Positions 57,321-64,000 of a stretch of 64,000 nucleotides of DNA are shown here, piece after piece. Position 1 is the stretch's first letter, and every line of letters starts with the position of its first letter. The position numbers and the translations under genes are program-made. The notes below the pieces were generated by a model that was given only the letters and a program-made list of their open reading frames with translations, was not told the DNA's origin and ran no database searches. Source of the stretch: Eledone cirrhosa (lineage: Eukaryota); the NCBI GenBank assembly GCA_964016885.1, contig OZ024758.1:992001-1056000 (forward strand). The letters run 5' to 3'.

Positions 57321-57886
57321 ACACACACACACACGTATGTATATGTATATATATTTACGTAGGTATAGATATATATTTATATTTACACACGCGTGTGTTG
57401 TATAGACTTTACGGTATTTCTCCCGGTTCTCGACTCCGCGAGTTCAAATCCCATTCAGGTCGATTCCGCCTAATATCCTATTCTCCTCCCTAAGTGATTT
57501 ACTGGTACAAATACCTAAGAGGGCGACCCTATGACAAGTAAAGCCCTTATATATGTATTCATATGTCTAAAGGAAAACAAACGAGGGTATGTAGTTGTTA
57601 ATTGATTATCGTTTTATCGGATTTTCTGATCATTAATCAAGAAAATCGATATTGCTATGAAGTGTTCGTTAAACCTAAGTGTAGAATATCTCAACCCTCG
57701 TAGTTGTTGTTGGGATTTAAATGTATAACTGGTGAGTATGCGTCTGGTATGGGCTAGCTTCCTTCCCCGAGGTTTATATATCGTGCGCCTCTCACAATAT
57801 ATTCATAAAACTACATATTCGTAAAAAAAAACAACACAGATTTACAAGAACACGCACACACCAACACACACCTGGAGAAAAGACGT

Positions 57887-57957
<71 letters not shown>

Positions 57958-58413
57958 TGAGAGAGAGAGAAAGAGGGTGAGAGAGAAAGATATATATATA
58001 GAAAATAAGATCTAAGTAATCAGACAGAAGCAAGTTGTTAAAATATAGATATCACCTGTGATAAGTTGACAACAGGAAGAAAGAACTAATATTGACTATA
58101 ATACCAACTCAGTTGTAAGAGACGACGGAGTCGAAACATAGGAAAATATAGAGAGTCTAAGAGAAACAGAGAGCGTGTGTATGTGTATGTGTGTAGGTGT
58201 GTGTGTGTGTGTGTGAGTGTAGGTGTGTAGGTGTGTGTGTGTGAGTGTAGGTGTGTGTGAGTGTGTGTGTAGGGTGTGTGTGTGGGAGTGTGTAGGTGTG
58301 TGTGTGTGCATGTGTAGGTGTGTGTGTGTGTAACAGGTAGATAAGTTGTCGGGAAACTGAATATACCTGAATTTTTATAAGCAATACCTGTATAATCTCT
58401 GCAAAGCTACGTC

Positions 58414-58515
<102 letters not shown>

Positions 58516-58521
58516 TATATG

Positions 58522-58563
<42 letters not shown>

Positions 58564-58763
58564 AAGCAGTTGTAGGTACACCGACATTTGGGAAGGAAAC
58601 TCCGTGATTGACAGGGAGACTCACTTGTTGAAAAGTACCAGATGCAGTATTACACACATAAATAGCGTCTTACACCTGAATATATATGTATATATATATA
58701 TATATATATACGCACACACACACACACATATATATATAAAGAGAGAGAGATAGAGAGAGAGAG

Positions 58764-58798
<35 letters not shown>

Positions 58799-58801
<3 letters not shown>

Positions 58802-58898
58802 GGGGGTCCCAAAAAATGTATGCACACTTTGATTACCTGTAAAGACAATATTTATTTGAATGGTGTTGTAGTGTGTATAAATTTTTTGGGACACCCTG
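58799..58898. mobile_element. About 100-bp Tc1/mariner-type MITE in (TA)n
   Basis: The imperfect TIRs are CAGGGGGGTCCCAAAAAATGTATGCACACT and AGTGTGTATAAATTTTTTGGGACACCCTG. Confidence 0.72.
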
Positions 58899-60014
58899 CA
58901 TATATATATATATATATATGCATATATAGTCATATATCTATATATATACATACGCATTTATATGTGTGTGTGTAGACATATTTGTATATTTTGATACATA
59001 GCTAGAAACACAGAGAGATAGATGCTGAAATGGCTTAAATATGAAGGAAGGGACTTATATGAATATATATTTATAGAAATAACAATTAATAGAATTGTTT
59101 ATAGATATAAAAAAATATGCACATACATGCGTGTATATGCGTATATTTCTGTATCTGTGTATACGTATATATGTATATGTGTATATATATATATATATAT
59201 GTGTGTGGATATGTGTGCATATGAGTATATTTCTTTGTCTGTGAACGTATATATGTATATGTGTATATATCTATATGTGTGTGGATATGTGTGCATATGA
59301 GTATATTTCTGTATCTGTCTACATATATATGTGTATATGTGTGTGGATATGTGTGCATATGAGTATATTTCTGTATCTGTCTACGTATATATGTGTATAT
59401 GTGTGTGGATATGTGTGCATATGAGTATATTTCTTTGTCTGTGAACGTATATATGTATATGTGTGTATGTGTATATGTATGTGTAGATATGGATCTGCAG
59501 TGAGAATGTGTGGGGTGCTACAAGGGGCAAACGTATAGATATTCGTCAAGTGAATCAGGATGAATAACCAGAGATAACAATAACTGTTAGAGTGTAGATA
59601 GTCTTTATATTATTTGTTTCCTATTTTCTTTGTGTTTTCCCACGTCCCATCTCTCACCAAAACCGCCATATATGGTCGTTGTCGTGCCGGACTAATAGCT
59701 CCAGGGCTAAAAATTAAGAGTTCCTTCAAGTAGCAGTTCCAGGCAACCGTTTAACATACACACAGTCTGTAATATCACCATCATCGTCATCATCATCATT
59801 ATCAACATCATCATCATCGTCATCATTATCAACATCATCATCATCGTCATCATCATCATTATCAACATCATCATCATCGTCATCATCGTCATCATTATCA
59901 TCATCATCGTCAACCTCCTTCGTCACCTTCCCCTCCTCGTCCTCCTTCTCCTCCTGCTTATCATCGTCAGCATTGTCATCATGATCATCATGATCATCAT
60001 GATCATCATAAACC

Positions 60015-60047
<33 letters not shown>

Positions 60048-60507
60048 ACCTCATAAACCACCACCATCTCTTACTTCACCTTCTCCTCCTTCCTCCACCT
60101 CCTCATCATCACCATCATCACTATCATCACCATCATCAACATCATCAACATCATCAACATCACCATCACCAACATCACCATCATCAACATCATCATCAGC
60201 GCAAGCCTCATAAATTAGCATAGAAAATAAAAAGCAGGTTTGTGAAAGTGGTGTGTTTGAAGAGAAGAGAGTAGCTTCAGGTTCAACCGTGTGCTAAGTG
60301 CCTCGTCAGGTGTACCAAGATTTCCAGGTTTATTCTCTTCAAAACATCCTGAGGCAAACTTGAACGAGCATCTCATTTTTACGCATGTACGCTTGCCTGC
60401 GCGCATGCCTGCCTGCTTTTGTATATTATATATATCACCTATGTATGTATATTATACATATGCATGAATGTACGTCTAGTGTGCGTATAAGAATATGTAT
60501 ATTTTAT

Positions 60508-60555
<48 letters not shown>

Positions 60556-61152
60556 TGTGCATCTGTGTATGCATTTGTATGTCTACTCATATATGTGTGT
60601 ATGTAGAATTTATAAAAATCCGAAGAACGTCAGAGAAAATGCCTTGTGGCATTTAGCGACTTCTTTTTTATATTTTGAGCTCCAATTTCATGTTGATACG
60701 CTCTTATAATTTTAAGGAGGTATCACTATAGGTGAGGGCAAGAAAAAAATCAATTCAATATTTTGAATTTAAGTTTCAGAATGGATGACATTTCCCGAAT
60801 GAATAGGACTCAGACATCATTCGTTTCAGTGCAGTATGAATTAAGGTTTTATCTAACAATCATCGTTTCATTTTATTGGGTATATTGTTGTGTCTCAAAT
60901 CCTAATCTATATAATTAAAATGATGTCCAATATTTCCTACAATATCCTAAATGCATAATTATGTGGTTCGAATCTCTTTTTAAATTGATTAGAAAACATT
61001 TCAATATAATCAACGTCAACACAGTTACCACGGTTGCTGTTTTCATTCAGTTGCCGCTGACTGGACAAAGTTATAATTACATTTCTATAATCTGCTGTAT
61101 GTGTGACCGTGCGTCTATGTATGCGTGTATGTGTATGCGTATATATTATTTA

Positions 61153-61187
<35 letters not shown>

Positions 61188-61668
61188 GTATTATATCTAA
61201 AAATGTCTATATAGAGTCATATGGCTCAAAATGCTTCAGTATATTCAATATGTTCTTATTATAAGTGGATTTTATGATAGAGAATCATACATATGCTTGC
61301 GCCATATATTTCCTGTAAATACGAACGGAATGAAACTGAATTCCTTCATAATTCACCCAGAAGAGCGTCTTTGTTCCTGTGTGTATAGTCACGAGCAGAA
61401 ATTGTATGTGTGTGGTTTTAAGTTTTATAATAGCAGTATAACAATGTATAAAGACCGAAGTTTTCTAAAGAGCAAGAACAACTAAATTGCCAGTAAGATA
61501 TTTGAATCAATTGCTAATTATCCTAGCTGAGATTTGAAATCAGTATATCGCCGTGCCGCTGCCCGAATCACAGTCAAATACATCTAAAACATTATCAAAA
61601 TTAGCCAATCAATAGATATATAGATAATCTGAAAAAGACGAAGTTTTCAAGGAAATAGAAACACTTAC

Positions 61669-62006
61669 CCATATTTTGTGCAAACTCTTCAGAATTCAAG
61701 TTCGGGCTGCGTCTTTTCCGAGGTCTTCCTTTTTGTAAGGTCCCTACCCCATTATAATAAGGGGTTTGATTTGCGTTCATGTCTGGAGACAAAGAAATGT
61801 ACTCCGACTGATAGGAATCCTCATAATGGACCTGGCAGTATACAAAATGTTCTCGAAGTCCAAATGTATCCCCCGCTTGCAAAGCTTTGTTACATGTGAA
61901 ACAAGTAAAACACGATACATGATAGATGTGGTTTTTGGCTCGCATCACCAAGTCTGTTGACTGAATACCCATTCCGCATCTTGCACATCGTTGAGTATTA
62001 AATAAC
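61669..62006 (-). CDS. Lhx2/9: Lhx2/9 (apterous-class LIM-homeobox) internal coding exon: LIM domain 2 plus linker
   Basis: Translates (R)LFNTQRCARCGMGIQSTDLVMRAKNHIYHVSCFTCFTCNKALQAGDTFGLREHFVYCQVHYE...YYNGVGTLQKGRPRKRRSPNLNSEEFAQNM(G). It has the LIM zinc ligands CxxC, HxxC, CxxC, CxxH and the Lhx2/9 signature YYNGVGTxQKGRPRKR. The acceptor is tttttctttatAG (62008-62007) and the donor is G/GTAAGT (from 61668). Length 338 nt, phase 2 in and phase 1 out. Confidence 0.96.
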
Positions 62007-63192
62007 CTATAAAGAAAAATATAGTAATCCTTTAATGTAGTTCAAATTTCTCTGTAATTAACCTTATATTCCATCAACCGTGGATTAACCATCAAGCCAA
62101 ATATGCAAGTAGATAGGGTCCCAGATAGAGAGTACAGTATATTAGAGTTTACACAATATAGAGTATATAGGGGCGCCGTAATCTTTGCAGTGGTTAGTTC
62201 ATCTGAAGTTCTTTATCTGATAATGCCATCAATCCATCTATAGTCATCGTTAAGTTAAGAATCCATAGAACACAGCAATTAATCCACTCAAGTATGTCTG
62301 CTCTTTTGTCAAACTGGACTTTAGTTTTGGAAATAATTAATACAAGCATACAGTTATTGATGGGTTTATAGTTTGAAGTTTTCTAGAAAGAAGCCAAGCA
62401 ACGTATGACAAGACATAGGAGTGAGAAAATCATGCGACTGGAACTTTAAACGAAATCGATTGATTTATTCTCTCAGCTATCAACTATCAGGAATGCATGG
62501 AGATGATTATTTTCTTACACATATTTAACACGTATTATTTAAAAGGTTGCATAGTATAAGATTCGGTAATATTTGCACATTTATGGTGCATATTAGCGAA
62601 ATATAACAAGTTAAATAATTACGAACAGAAATCTAAATAGGAAAGCGGGCACAGCATGACTCTAAAGTCCTTGTCTTAACATATATTAAATTGTTATTGA
62701 TTTGCTACATAGATCTCGCATCCATATAAGAAGGAGAGAATGACGTATTAGGGATTCAAACGAAATGAAATGTTTACGATTGGTTATTCAAACCGAGAAA
62801 GCAAATTTCTAGATAGGACCCTACAACCATAAGGATCGTAATCTTAATTAACATTGGTACATATCAGCTGAGGGTGGGAGGGAACTGTAAGTTTCAACTC
62901 CCCTGCATTTACTAAATCTGTTAGCGAAACTCAGAGTAACGGCTTGTTAAGAACATACATCTTGCACAATATAACGAAACGTTCAGACACAAAATTTGAG
63001 ATTTTCTGATATGTATAGCAGGGCTCGCAACCTCAAGGACTCAAAAGAGCCATTATGTCCCTGGAAAGAGGCACAGTGGGCCAAAAGTGAGATGCTGTAA
63101 GGGGAGGGAGATTTCCACCTGCTATAATGTTAATCTGCAATACAGCTAAATGGCCGCTAATTATTTATTTTTCATCAAAATAAATACACAAA

Positions 63193-63501
63193 TGATAGTA
63201 AGTGTGATATTTTCATAATATCACAGTGATATATTCTTCATAGAATGATAGGAACTGGAATACTCTTTACTATATGATAGTAGGTGGTATATTCTTCATA
63301 ATAGCATAGTAAGTGGGATAAATTTTCATTATATGATAGTAGGTAGTATATTCTTCATAATATCATAGTACGTGGGATATTTTTTTCATTATATGATAGT
63401 AGGTGGGATATTTTTCATAATATGATAGTATGTGGGATATGTTTTCATTATATGATAGTAAGTGGGATATTTTGTTTATTATATGAGAATAAGTGGGATA
63501 T
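63193..63501. repeat. Minisatellite with a unit of about 29-30 bp in the Lhx2/9 upstream intron
   Basis: About 10 tandem units of ATATGATAGTAAGTGGGATATTTTCATT. Confidence 0.85.
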
Positions 63502-64000
63502 CCGAATTAGTATAAAATGTTAACAGTTTTAAAATTTGAAAACATTGCCGTAGAACATTGTTCAATCTCTCTTAATCTTACTAACAAGTCAGTCAGACGT
63601 TATAGGTTTGAAAGGTTAATGGTAGAAATCATGTTCTCTACAGCTAACGATATTATTTGTGAATATTAATCTCTATGAAATGTCGCCCATCCGTTTGTGA
63701 AGTTAAAGCCAGTGTTTACATCTTAAACATCAATTATTTTTGTACGAATCAAGATTTCCAAACAAATTAATCTGAAATATGTCGAGATAATTATACAGAC
63801 AGCGATTCAACTCTAATCTTTTAATCATGTCTTATATCCAGAATCTTCGCTTAAGCAGTCTTATAAAAACTATCCAGTCTTCTTTATTTAGACACAGTCT
63901 GTCTATACTTGAAGCCGAAAGACTTAATCATCTTTAAACTTTGTTGTTGGAAATTTTTACCCGGTAGGATGAGGAAAAGTCGGGATAAATATAAAGAGAA

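Noticed and set aside
59726-60223. Asp-rich and His-rich ORFs in the Lhx2/9 intron
   Set aside because: They derive from (CAT)n/(CAC)n trinucleotide repeats, and the flanking Lhx2/9 exons already join in phase without them.

Overview
This is AT-rich animal genomic DNA saturated with microsatellites, with one 200-N scaffold gap at 4924-5123. The SINE families and the (TA)n/(CA)n/(GA)n load suggest a cephalopod (Octopus-like) genome; that assignment is inference. The only host gene found is the 3' part of an Lhx2/9 (apterous-class) LIM-homeobox gene on the minus strand. It has three coding exons with phase-compatible GT-AG junctions: 62006-61669 (LIM2), 47991-47783 (most of the homeodomain) and 47357-47085 (WFQN helix plus C-terminus). 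Exons for LIM1 lie beyond the right edge of the window. Almost all ORFs in the supplied track are microsatellite artefacts. The rest is transposon debris: two RTE LINE fragments, an R4/Dong-like non-LTR element inserted in (TACA)n, tRNA-derived SINEs, mariner/Tc1/hAT-type MITEs, and a fold-back element carrying two convergent Pol III (tRNA-like) heads. The most striking hidden signal is about 15 intact-to-degenerate minimal type I hammerhead ribozyme motifs from several unrelated sequence families. Most sit next to (TA)n microsatellites, and many are embedded in fold-back inverted duplications, up to a 377-bp palindrome that appears perfect. This matches the pLTR hammerheads of Penelope-like retroelements. 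One family has six copies with covarying stem II, and three of these lie inside the 13.7-kb Lhx2/9 intron. All folds and alignments were read by eye, not computed.
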